This document shows positions 24,968 through 32,000 of a stretch of DNA of 32,000 nt, piece by piece; positions within the stretch are counted from its first letter, which is position 1, and every line of letters begins with the position of its first letter. The stretch is from Candidatus Nitrospira inopinata. GTDB lineage: Bacteria > Nitrospirota > Nitrospiria > Nitrospirales > Nitrospiraceae. Below the pieces are notes generated by a model. The model was not told the DNA's origin, did not search any database, and worked only from the letters and a program-made list of their open reading frames with translations. The stretch covers positions 2,340,001 through 2,372,000 of the forward strand of contig NZ_LN885086.1 in the NCBI RefSeq assembly GCF_001458695.1, written 5' to 3'. A program made the translations under genes and the position numbers.

Positions 24968-25999
24968 TTGGTGACAAAAGACGGCATGCTGAAACGGGCG
25001 ATCTTGTGGTCGTTTGTTCTTGTCCCGATGGCGCTGGGCGGCTTGGTGGTGCTGTTGGTCGGTTTGGCCCTGTTCGTCATCCATGTGACTCATGATGCCG
25101 AAGCATTTGCCGGTGCAATGGAGCCGATCCGACAACTCGCGAGAGATGTGTACGAAAGACATCGGTCCATCTGGCAGGCGCAGAGCGACTGCATCGTGTT
25201 TGACGAAGACCTGTTTTACAAGCCGCGACCGGGGCCCTGCGAGTTCAAGAACGTCGAGTTTTCGACGGTCCTCACCTTCGATGAGATGGGATTTAGGCAA
25301 TCGGGTTTGTCTGATGAGAAGATGCGACGCCCAACCAGCGGTCGAGTCGTGGTGCTTGGCGATTCTCAGGCCATGGGTTGGGGCGTTCAAGATCACGAAA
25401 CGTTTGCCGCCGTGCTGGCTCATGAGTACGGCTTTGCGGTCTTTAACCTTGCGGTATCAAGTTATGGAACGGCCAGGGAACTTTTGAGACTGCAAAAAGA
25501 ATTTTCGCTTCAGCCAGGTGACGTAGTGGTTATTCAGTATCATCCCAACGACTTGCCAGAAAACCTCGCCTTTCTGATGAACAGCGGTCGCTTACCTCAT
25601 CGTAGTCCATCCGATCTGGCTCGGCTAAAGCACGCACCTCAGGACTATGGAGTATTGCAGGTGACGGCGTCGATCTTCTTTATTCTAAAGGGGAAGCTCA
25701 TTCATGCCGTCAGCGGTTCGTCGAAAAGCGAAAGAGACGGTCGCCACGCGGAAACATTTCTTGCCGTTGTCGATCGCTTCTCGTTCCTCAATAAAGCGCG
25801 CGTCCTTGTCTGCGAGGTCAACAGTTTCGGATTGGCAACGTCTTTTGCGGATGAGCTCGAACGATCAGCCGATGGTCGCATCGGTGTGTTAAAGCCGGTA
25901 TGGGAACCAGAGGACTTCTACAAATTGGATCCTCATCTGACCCCGACCGGTCATCGCCATGTCGCACGTGTGATTGCCGCCGCCATTGTGACGAACTGA
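24968..25999 (+). CDS. Membrane-anchored SGNH/GDSL hydrolase-family protein (candidate polysaccharide O-acetyl esterase/transferase)
   Basis: The start is uncertain: TTG 24968, GTG 24971 or ATG 24986. It has an N-terminal TM (ILWSFVLVPMALGGLVVLLVGLALFVI). All four SGNH blocks are present: VVVLGDSQAMGWG (GDS at 25358-25366), AVSSYG, YHPND and LDPHLTPTGH. Confidence 0.7.
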   Translation: MVTKDGMLKRAILWSFVLVPMALGGLVVLLVGLALFVIHVTHDAEAFAGAMEPIRQLARDVYERHRSIWQAQSDCIVFDEDLFYKPRPGPCEFKNVEFSTVLTFDEMGFRQSGLSDEKMRRPTSGRVVVLGDSQAMGWGVQDHETFAAVLAHEYGFAVFNLAVSSYGTARELLRLQKEFSLQPGDVVVIQYHPNDLPENLAFLMNSGRLPHRSPSDLARLKHAPQDYGVLQVTASIFFILKGKLIHAVSGSSKSERDGRHAETFLAVVDRFSFLNKARVLVCEVNSFGLATSFADELERSADGRIGVLKPVWEPEDFYKLDPHLTPTGHRHVARVIAAAIVTN

Positions 26000-26074
26000 G
26001 CCGGCGTTGACCGATCGATGAGAAGGTGATCGAGTACATGATGAGCCGTTGAAGGTGTATCGGTCATAAAAGTC

Positions 26075-27259
26075 ATGAGCCGTCGGATCCTTGTGATCAT
26101 TCCTTATGACATTACCATCGGCTTTGCCTTCAGCCGACTGATAGGGGTGTTTTTCGATGCTTGTGTCCAAGCCACGGGAAGATCCGACGACGTACACTTC
26201 GCCTTTTCCACAGTGGGGGCGCAGCATTCGGCGGCTCTGCCGAGCGGATTCTCCAACCTTGTTGAATTCAATTCACGGGACTATCAAACCGATGATGTCC
26301 AAAGACTGTGCGCTTATATCCAACGATATGGCATCGAGGCGGCGTTTATTGTCGACGTCGCGGTGGAGGCCGGTTACTTACATGACATTCGGAACACGGG
26401 GATTAAAACTATTATTGCATACTGGGGGGCCCCTTTAAGCGGGATCAACCGAGGATGGAAACTCTTGCTAAAGCGCTTGGAAGTAAGGTACCTGCGGCTG
26501 GCAAAACCGGATCATTTCATTGTGGAGTCGCAGGCTATGAGAGACACAGCGATTCAAGGGCGAGGGATCCCCGTCTCCATGACGACCATTGTGCCTACCG
26601 GCGTAGACGAAGCCAAATTCCGCCCTCTTTCGGAATGCCAAAAACACGTTTATACAAAGTTTGATATTCCTCCGCATCGATCCGTGGTTGTTTTTATGGG
26701 GCATCTCCATAAACGAAAAGGAGTGCATATCCTCCTCCAAGCAGCAGATCATATCGTGAAGCAACTTCGCCGGAAGGACATGCATTTTCTTTTTTTAGGA
26801 AATCGTCCGGGAGAGGCCGACGCCTTCGACGGGATCTATGATCCGCTTGTCACAGGCCCGTTCATTACATTCGGAGGCTATCAGGCGGACGTTCCGGAAT
26901 TGTTGGCCGGATGCCGAGTGGGGTGTGTGCCGACCACGGGATGGGATTCTTTTCCTCTCTCTCCGCTGGAAATGCAGGCGTGCGGCTTGCCGGTGGTTGT
27001 GAGTGATTGTCAGGGCCTTCCCGAAAGCGTCATCGACGGCGTCACAGGGTTGGTCGTTCCGGCGGGTGATGTGACGGCGTTGTCGTCGGCTCTCCAGCGA
27101 ATTATTGATAATAATGAGATGCGTCGTACAATGAGTGCGGCGGCTGTCGAACGAATTCGTTCCTCTTTTACCCGATCTCGTCAGGTTGATGGGATTTGCG
27201 AGGTGGTCCGTCGCGTGACCGGATGGCGGGAAATGTCCCCGGTACCAAGTACGGTGTAA
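26075..27259 (+). CDS. Family-4 (GT-B) glycosyltransferase
   Basis: VVVFMGHLHKRKGVHILL and FPLSPLEMQACGLPVVVSDCQGLPESVIDGVTGLVVPAGD. Confidence 0.8.
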   Translation: MSRRILVIIPYDITIGFAFSRLIGVFFDACVQATGRSDDVHFAFSTVGAQHSAALPSGFSNLVEFNSRDYQTDDVQRLCAYIQRYGIEAAFIVDVAVEAGYLHDIRNTGIKTIIAYWGAPLSGINRGWKLLLKRLEVRYLRLAKPDHFIVESQAMRDTAIQGRGIPVSMTTIVPTGVDEAKFRPLSECQKHVYTKFDIPPHRSVVVFMGHLHKRKGVHILLQAADHIVKQLRRKDMHFLFLGNRPGEADAFDGIYDPLVTGPFITFGGYQADVPELLAGCRVGCVPTTGWDSFPLSPLEMQACGLPVVVSDCQGLPESVIDGVTGLVVPAGDVTALSSALQRIIDNNEMRRTMSAAAVERIRSSFTRSRQVDGICEVVRRVTGWREMSPVPSTV

Positions 27260-27318
27260 GATTTTGGTTCGGCCGGGCTCCTCGGGAGTTGAGGCGCCTC
27301 ATATCGTGGAGTTGTACG

Positions 27319-28467
27319 GTGTCATTCGCATTTGGTGATAACCCCGCCCGTTCGAATCGGCAGGAGCGACGAATCAATCTGATGATCGTAGCGTCGCATC
27401 TGTGGATCGGAGGGGCGGAAACCGTGATACAGCATCTGGCCGAATCGATCGATCGACGTCGTTTCAATGTGACGGTCTGTTGTTTGAAGCAGCGGGGGAC
27501 CGTTGGCGATGAATTGGCGAGAAGAGGCATTGAGATCATCAGCCTGTCGGATGACGGAAAAACCGACTATTTCTCTTTTCGAAAATTGCTCAAAGTTCTC
27601 CTGGCTGAACGCATCGATGTTGTCCATACGCACACCACCCATGCGCTGGTCGATTCGTGCTTGTGCTCGTTTGTGATGCCGCGCCTGAAAATCGTTCATA
27701 CGTTTCATTTCGGAAATTACCCCCACACGAGTCCTCGTATTCTATGGATGGAGCGACTGGGTGCTCGGATCGCGGATCGACTGGTCGCCGTCGGCGAGGT
27801 ACAGCGAAAGCAAATTCAGTCCGTATACGGCTTAAGGGACGATCGGATCGGAACGGTTTATAACGGCGTTCCGATTCGGTCGAGTCAGGGCGACCCGGGA
27901 TTTCGGCAGACGATCGGAGCGGAACATTCCGTTTTGATCGGAACGATCGCGACGTTCATTCCTCAAAAAGGTCTGACCTATTTGCTCGATGTGGCGAAGG
28001 CCATACGGGACTCCGGTCGGAAGGCGGTATTCGCCATCGTGGGCGAGGGGCCGTTGAGGAGGGAGTTGGAGGCTAAGAGAGATCAATTGGGCCTGCAAGG
28101 GGTGGTCGTCTTTACCGGATGGGTCAATAACGCCGCGGAGATGGCGCTTCCCACGTTCGATATCTTTTTCCAGCCTTCCCTGTGGGAAGCCATGTCGATG
28201 GTCATTTTAGAGGCGATGGCGTGCGGGAAGCCGGTCGTAGCAACCGCCGTTGGAGAGAATGATTTCATCATCGAGGATGGAGTGAGCGGATTGCTCGTTC
28301 AACCGAAAGCCGTGGAAGAAATGGCCGCGGCGCTGGGGCGGTTGATCGATGATGCGGCCCTTCGCGTTCGGCTCGGTCAAGAAGCTCGCCAAAAGATTGA
28401 GCGGCGATTCACCGTTCAGCACATGGTCTGTGACTATGAGACCGTGTATGAAGAGTTGATGCGATGA
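27319..28467 (+). CDS. Family-4 (GT-B) glycosyltransferase
   Basis: The track ORF starts at 27196 inside the previous gene. The GTG at 27319 with GGAG at 27308-27311 is preferred; ATG 27382 is the alternative. RINLMIVASHLWIGGAETV N-terminus. EX7E motif WEAMSMVILEAMACGKPVVATAVGENDFIIEDGVSGLLV. Confidence 0.85.
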   Translation: MSFAFGDNPARSNRQERRINLMIVASHLWIGGAETVIQHLAESIDRRRFNVTVCCLKQRGTVGDELARRGIEIISLSDDGKTDYFSFRKLLKVLLAERIDVVHTHTTHALVDSCLCSFVMPRLKIVHTFHFGNYPHTSPRILWMERLGARIADRLVAVGEVQRKQIQSVYGLRDDRIGTVYNGVPIRSSQGDPGFRQTIGAEHSVLIGTIATFIPQKGLTYLLDVAKAIRDSGRKAVFAIVGEGPLRRELEAKRDQLGLQGVVVFTGWVNNAAEMALPTFDIFFQPSLWEAMSMVILEAMACGKPVVATAVGENDFIIEDGVSGLLVQPKAVEEMAAALGRLIDDAALRVRLGQEARQKIERRFTVQHMVCDYETVYEELMR

Positions 28468-29696
28468 ACGTTCTGTTTCTCTCGCAAATTGTCCCCTATC
28501 CACCGCACGGGGGTGTGCTGCAGCGCGGATACAACCTCATCAGGGAATTGGGAAATGAAGCGGAGGTTCACCTGCTGGCGTTCGTCCATCCCGATGTGTT
28601 GGGCGGCGATGCGGCGATGGAAGAAAGTCGCGTCGCGCTGCAAAAACACTGTGCGAGGGTAGAGTATTTTCGGCTGTGGCCAAAGGCCTCACCATTGCAT
28701 CGAGTCGCAGCATTGACAATGGCGGCGTTGTCTTCCCGTCCGTTCAGTGTGCTCGCGCACTATTCAGGGACATTTCGTCAACGTGTCCGCGAGTTAGTTG
28801 CGTCGAATCAGTTTGATGTCATTCATGCCGACACCATTGCGCTGGCGCAGTTTCTAGGTAACCGATGGCCGATCCCCACTGTATTGACCCACCATAACAT
28901 TGAGTCTCAATTGATGGAGCGCCGAGCCGGGGCCGAGACAGGATTTCTGGCTCGAACATACCTTTGTCGTGAAGCGCGCAAGTTGTCGACCTATGAGAAT
29001 CAGATGTCCCGGATGTTTGATGTCAACGTGTTTGTGTCGGAGGCCGACGAGCGGACGCTGGCCGAGAGAATTCCGAGATTGCAGACGGCCGTCGTGCCGA
29101 ACGGCGTTGATGTGGAGTACTTTACGCCGCATCAGAAGAACGGCCGGCCTACGTTGATTTATACGGGCGGCATGAACATGTTCGCCAACCGCGACGCGGT
29201 TCTGTATTTTCTTGAGAAGATGTGGCCGTTGATCAAGAAAGCGGTTCCCACAGTTCGGTTTTTTGCCGTCGGCCAAGATCCGCCGAAAGAGCTGCTTGAT
29301 ATTGCGGCTCGTGATCCTCAAGTGGTGGTGACCGGCTATGTCACTGACGTCCGCCCTTTTGTCTGGGATGCGACGGTGTACGTCGTGCCGCTGCGAGTGG
29401 GCGGCGGAACCCGCTTGAAGGTGTTGGATGCCATGGCGATGGGGAAGGCGATGGTCTCGACGTCAATCGGCTGTGAGGGGCTTGACGTCAAGCCGGACGT
29501 TCATTTGTTGGTGGCCGACGAACCTGCGGCATTCGCGGACAAGACCATTCAATTGCTGCGGGATGATGAGTGCCGGACTCGATTGGGGCGCAACGCCCGC
29601 GAGCTTGTGGAACAATGCTATTCCTGGAAGAAAATCGGCAGACAACTTATCGAAGCCTATCGCCTGGCAATTGATGGGAGGCGCCGGCGTTCATGA
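28464..29696 (+). CDS. Family-4 glycosyltransferase of the PEP-CTERM/EpsH-locus-associated sugar-transferase type
   Basis: The ATG overlaps the upstream TGA (ATGA at 28464-28467). MNVLFLSQIVPYPPHGGVLQRGYNLIRELG N-terminus and PLRVGGGTRLKVLDAMAMGKAMVSTSIGCEGLD resemble the exosortase-locus 'stp'-type transferases as I recall them. Confidence 0.8.
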   Translation: MNVLFLSQIVPYPPHGGVLQRGYNLIRELGNEAEVHLLAFVHPDVLGGDAAMEESRVALQKHCARVEYFRLWPKASPLHRVAALTMAALSSRPFSVLAHYSGTFRQRVRELVASNQFDVIHADTIALAQFLGNRWPIPTVLTHHNIESQLMERRAGAETGFLARTYLCREARKLSTYENQMSRMFDVNVFVSEADERTLAERIPRLQTAVVPNGVDVEYFTPHQKNGRPTLIYTGGMNMFANRDAVLYFLEKMWPLIKKAVPTVRFFAVGQDPPKELLDIAARDPQVVVTGYVTDVRPFVWDATVYVVPLRVGGGTRLKVLDAMAMGKAMVSTSIGCEGLDVKPDVHLLVADEPAAFADKTIQLLRDDECRTRLGRNARELVEQCYSWKKIGRQLIEAYRLAIDGRRRRS

Positions 29697-31099
29697 ACCG
29701 GTTGGCGGCCGCGCTGTATAACCTGGCGCCGGTGTGGGGGCAGAACCTGATCCTCTCCGGCTACAGTCTGTTGCTCGATCGCGAACGGTACGGCGAGCGC
29801 TTTCGAGGGTTCAGGGATCTGTTGGCGAAAACGGAGTGGTATTCGGAGAGCGAGCTTCTGGCCTATCAAGATGAGCGACTGCGCGCCACGATCGCGCATG
29901 CGTACGAGGCCGTGCCGTTCTACCGGCGCCGGTTCGATGAACGCAAATTAAAACCAGCCGACATTCGCGGGCAGCGGGATTTGCCAAAAATTCCGTTGCT
30001 GACGCGCGATGAAGTGCGCGCCCATTTCGGCGAGCTATGGTCAAGCCGCATCCCTCAAGGGGCGAGAAAAACCGGTCATACCAGCGGCACAACCGGCACG
30101 CCGCTGACGGTCGGATACGATGACCAAACGATCGGGATGGCCTATGCGGCGCTTGATCGTCACTATCGGTGGGCCGGGTGCCGACTGGCTAGAGACGGCG
30201 ATCGTATCGCCGTCGCGCGCGGAAACGTCATCGTGCCGTTGCATCAGAAGAAGCCGCCATTCTGGCGGCTGAATCGTTGCCACAATCAATTGCTCTTGTC
30301 CTCTTTTCATCTTTCCAAACAGAATCTGCCGGCCTATTTCGATGAGTTGGCGCGGTTCAAACCAGCCGTTCTCGATGGCTATCCATCCACGCTCTATGTG
30401 TTGGCAAAGTTTCTCCAGAGTTGTGGGCAGACGTTTCCTGTTCGAGCTGCCATCACGTCGTCGGAAACGCTCTACGACTTTCAGCGCGAATTGATCGAGG
30501 AGCGCTTTCAGTGCCGAGTCTTTGACTACTATGCGTTGGCGGAGCGCGTGGTTTTCTCAAGCGAGTGCGATCGGCATGAGGGGCATCACGTGGCGATGGA
30601 ATATGGGGTTGCCGAGGTCGTCGATGACAAGGGACAGCCCGTGTCAGACGGAGCCGCGGGCAAGTTGGTCGGGACGAGTCTGCACAACGATGCCATGCCT
30701 TTGATTCGCTACGTCACGAGCGATATGACGAGTCTGCGCGAAAGACGCTGCTCGTGCGGGAGAGGGTTGACGATGATGGGCGACGTGACCACCAAGGCGG
30801 AAGACGTCCTCACGCTCAAGGACGGGCGACTCATCTCGCCGTCCGTGCTGACCCATCCGTTTAAGCCGTTGGACTGTATCGAGGGGTCGCAGATCGTCCA
30901 GACTGATCCGCAGACCGTCGTTGTGCGGCTGATCCCAGGTCCCGCCTATACGGAAGCCCATACCCGTCATTTGATGACCGAACTGACAGCTCGCTTGGGA
31001 GCCGATGTGAAGGTCGAGGTCCAAATGGTCGATCGTCTGGAGCAAAAACCCAACGGAAAATTCAAGTGGGTCATCTCACACGTTCCATTGGGAATCTGA
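29693..31099 (+). CDS. PaaK/CapK/F390-synthetase-like adenylate-forming enzyme (phenylacetate-CoA-ligase family)
   Basis: The ATG overlaps the upstream TGA (ATGA at 29693-29696). AMP-binding P-loop HTSGTTGTP (TSGTTGTP at 30080-30103), then DGYPSTLYVLA, TSSETL, DYYALAERV, MPLIRYVTSDM and a C-terminal KPNGKFKWV lysine. Confidence 0.75.
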   Translation: MNRLAAALYNLAPVWGQNLILSGYSLLLDRERYGERFRGFRDLLAKTEWYSESELLAYQDERLRATIAHAYEAVPFYRRRFDERKLKPADIRGQRDLPKIPLLTRDEVRAHFGELWSSRIPQGARKTGHTSGTTGTPLTVGYDDQTIGMAYAALDRHYRWAGCRLARDGDRIAVARGNVIVPLHQKKPPFWRLNRCHNQLLLSSFHLSKQNLPAYFDELARFKPAVLDGYPSTLYVLAKFLQSCGQTFPVRAAITSSETLYDFQRELIEERFQCRVFDYYALAERVVFSSECDRHEGHHVAMEYGVAEVVDDKGQPVSDGAAGKLVGTSLHNDAMPLIRYVTSDMTSLRERRCSCGRGLTMMGDVTTKAEDVLTLKDGRLISPSVLTHPFKPLDCIEGSQIVQTDPQTVVVRLIPGPAYTEAHTRHLMTELTARLGADVKVEVQMVDRLEQKPNGKFKWVISHVPLGI

Positions 31100-31139
31100 T
31101 CGATCGCGGATTCTTGGACAAGCAAGGGAGAAAACCGGT

Positions 31140-32000
31140 ATGTGCGGCATAGTGGGGCTGATGTACGCCGATCCAGCCCGCCATTGCTCCCGTGAGGTTG
31201 TCACGAAGATGCGGGATACGTTTGTCTATCGGGGGCCCGATGACGCCGGCCTGTATCTGGATGGTCCGGTGGGGTTGGGGCATCGACGATTGAGCATTAT
31301 CGACCTCGGCGGCGGCCATCAGCCGATGTCGATTGAAAACGGCGCGTTCTGGATCGTGTTCAACGGTGAAATTTACAACTATCGATCATTGCGCGAAGAG
31401 TTGATCCGGAAAGGCCGTCGATTTCAAACGCAGAGCGACACGGAAGTGATTCTCCATCTCTATGCCGAGCGAGGCGAAGCCTGTGTGCACGCGCTCAACG
31501 GGATGTTTGCGTTCGCCGTTTGGGATACTCGTCGGCGCGCGCTGTTTCTGGCCCGCGACCGAATGGGGGTCAAACCCCTCTATTATGCGGTGACGCCGGA
31601 GGCGTTTCTCTTTGCGTCTGAAATCAAGGCCATTTTGAGCAGCGGATTGATGCCGGCGCGCTGTCGAAGCGAGGCCTTGGGGGAATATCTGCTCTTTCGC
31701 CAGGTCGCCGGCCCGGAAACCCTGTTTGCGGGAGTGATGAATCTTCCTCCCGGATGCACCCTGACGCTCTGTGATGGAAAGTCTCACGTCACTCGCTACT
31801 GGTCTCTCAGGCCGGCTGCGGACCGACCAGCGATCACCTACGAAGAGGCTAAGAACACGTTGACCGAGTTGCTGGAAGACTCCGTCAAGTTGCGACTGAT
31901 CAGCGACGTCCCCGTCGGGACTTTTTGCAGCGGAGGCGTTGATTCCAGCCTCGTCACGGCCTTGGCGTCGAAAATCAAAAGCGACCAAGTCAACACGTTT
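31140..32000 (+). CDS. asnB: Asparagine synthase (glutamine-hydrolysing) family amidotransferase, 5' part (287 codons, runs off the window)
   Basis: This gene is not in the supplied ORF track because it has no stop in the window. My own translation from ATG 31140 (GGGAG at 31126-31130) is open to 32000. It reads MCGIVGL (N-terminal nucleophile Cys codon 31143-31145), HRRLSIIDL, GHQP, FNGEIYNY, QSDTEVILHLY, LNGMFAFAVWD, LARDRMGVKPLYY, FASEIKA. The synthetase PP-loop SGGVDSS lies at 31929-31949. Confidence 0.9.
   Translation, partial: MCGIVGLMYADPARHCSREVVTKMRDTFVYRGPDDAGLYLDGPVGLGHRRLSIIDLGGGHQPMSIENGAFWIVFNGEIYNYRSLREELIRKGRRFQTQSDTEVILHLYAERGEACVHALNGMFAFAVWDTRRRALFLARDRMGVKPLYYAVTPEAFLFASEIKAILSSGLMPARCRSEALGEYLLFRQVAGPETLFAGVMNLPPGCTLTLCDGKSHVTRYWSLRPAADRPAITYEEAKNTLTELLEDSVKLRLISDVPVGTFCSGGVDSSLVTALASKIKSDQVNTF

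Noticed and set aside
26008-26066. An 8-bp inverted repeat, TGACCGAT (26008-26015) and ATCGGTCA (26059-26066). It brackets a 4-codon mini-ORF (ATGATGAGCCGTTGA) that repeats the ATGAGCCGT start of the downstream GT4 gene (26075).
   Set aside because: The stem cannot be extended and has a 43-nt loop. An 8-bp match at this distance is easily chance in 32 kb. The mini-ORF has no SD. I treat it as a curiosity, not a leader peptide or attenuator.
31386-31988. A 200-aa minus-strand ORF, the only track ORF at the right edge.
   Set aside because: The + strand frame from 31140 translates into a textbook AsnB N-terminus (MCGIVG, FNGEIYN, SGGVDSS) and is open to the window end. The minus ORF is its shadow.
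1-32000. A search by eye for mobile elements, CRISPR arrays, tRNA/rRNA genes, defence systems and toxin-antitoxin pairs.
   Set aside because: I found no transposase, integrase or recombinase motifs, no spaced direct repeats, and no cloverleaf-like or rRNA-like segments. Intergenic space totals only about 1 kb, so the window is essentially all biosynthetic coding sequence.

Overview
The whole 32-kb window is a single co-directional (+ strand), tightly packed polysaccharide-biosynthesis locus. It is built around an exosortase (EpsH/Xrt family) fused to an EpsI domain, so it is a PEP-CTERM/exosortase-type exopolysaccharide (EPS) cluster from a diderm bacterium. The taxon cannot be assigned from sequence alone. 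I support 30 coding regions. Two are cut by the window edges: an adenylate-forming ligase tail at 1-85, and an asnB-type amidotransferase at 31140->32000. The asnB gene is absent from the supplied ORF track because it has no stop codon in the window. Core content is an exosortase-EpsI fusion, a Wzx flippase, a Wzy/O-antigen-ligase-like protein and 7 glycosyltransferases (5 GT4, 2 GT2). There is also an unusually large tailoring set. It comprises 3 FemAB/CelD-type acyltransferases, an ATP-grasp ligase, a PaaK/CapK-like adenylating enzyme, NadE-like and AsnB-like amidoligases, a DegT aminotransferase, a Gfo/Idh/MocA oxidoreductase with two MDR-type partners, a hexapeptide acetyltransferase, a NodB deacetylase and two SGNH-like proteins. 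It also includes the paired alpha/beta hydrolases typical of exosortase loci and a low-molecular-weight tyrosine phosphatase. I saw no rRNA, tRNA, CRISPR array, transposase/integrase or long repeat. All long minus-strand ORFs in the track look like antisense shadows of the + strand genes. The most interesting signal is the concentration of amide-bond-forming and amino-group-generating enzymes next to the exosortase. This suggests an aminoacyl- or peptide-decorated, possibly amidated, polysaccharide that could act as the still-unknown transpeptidation acceptor for exosortase-sorted proteins. All family calls come from motifs read by eye and recalled family knowledge. No searches were run. CDS coordinates include the stop codon.
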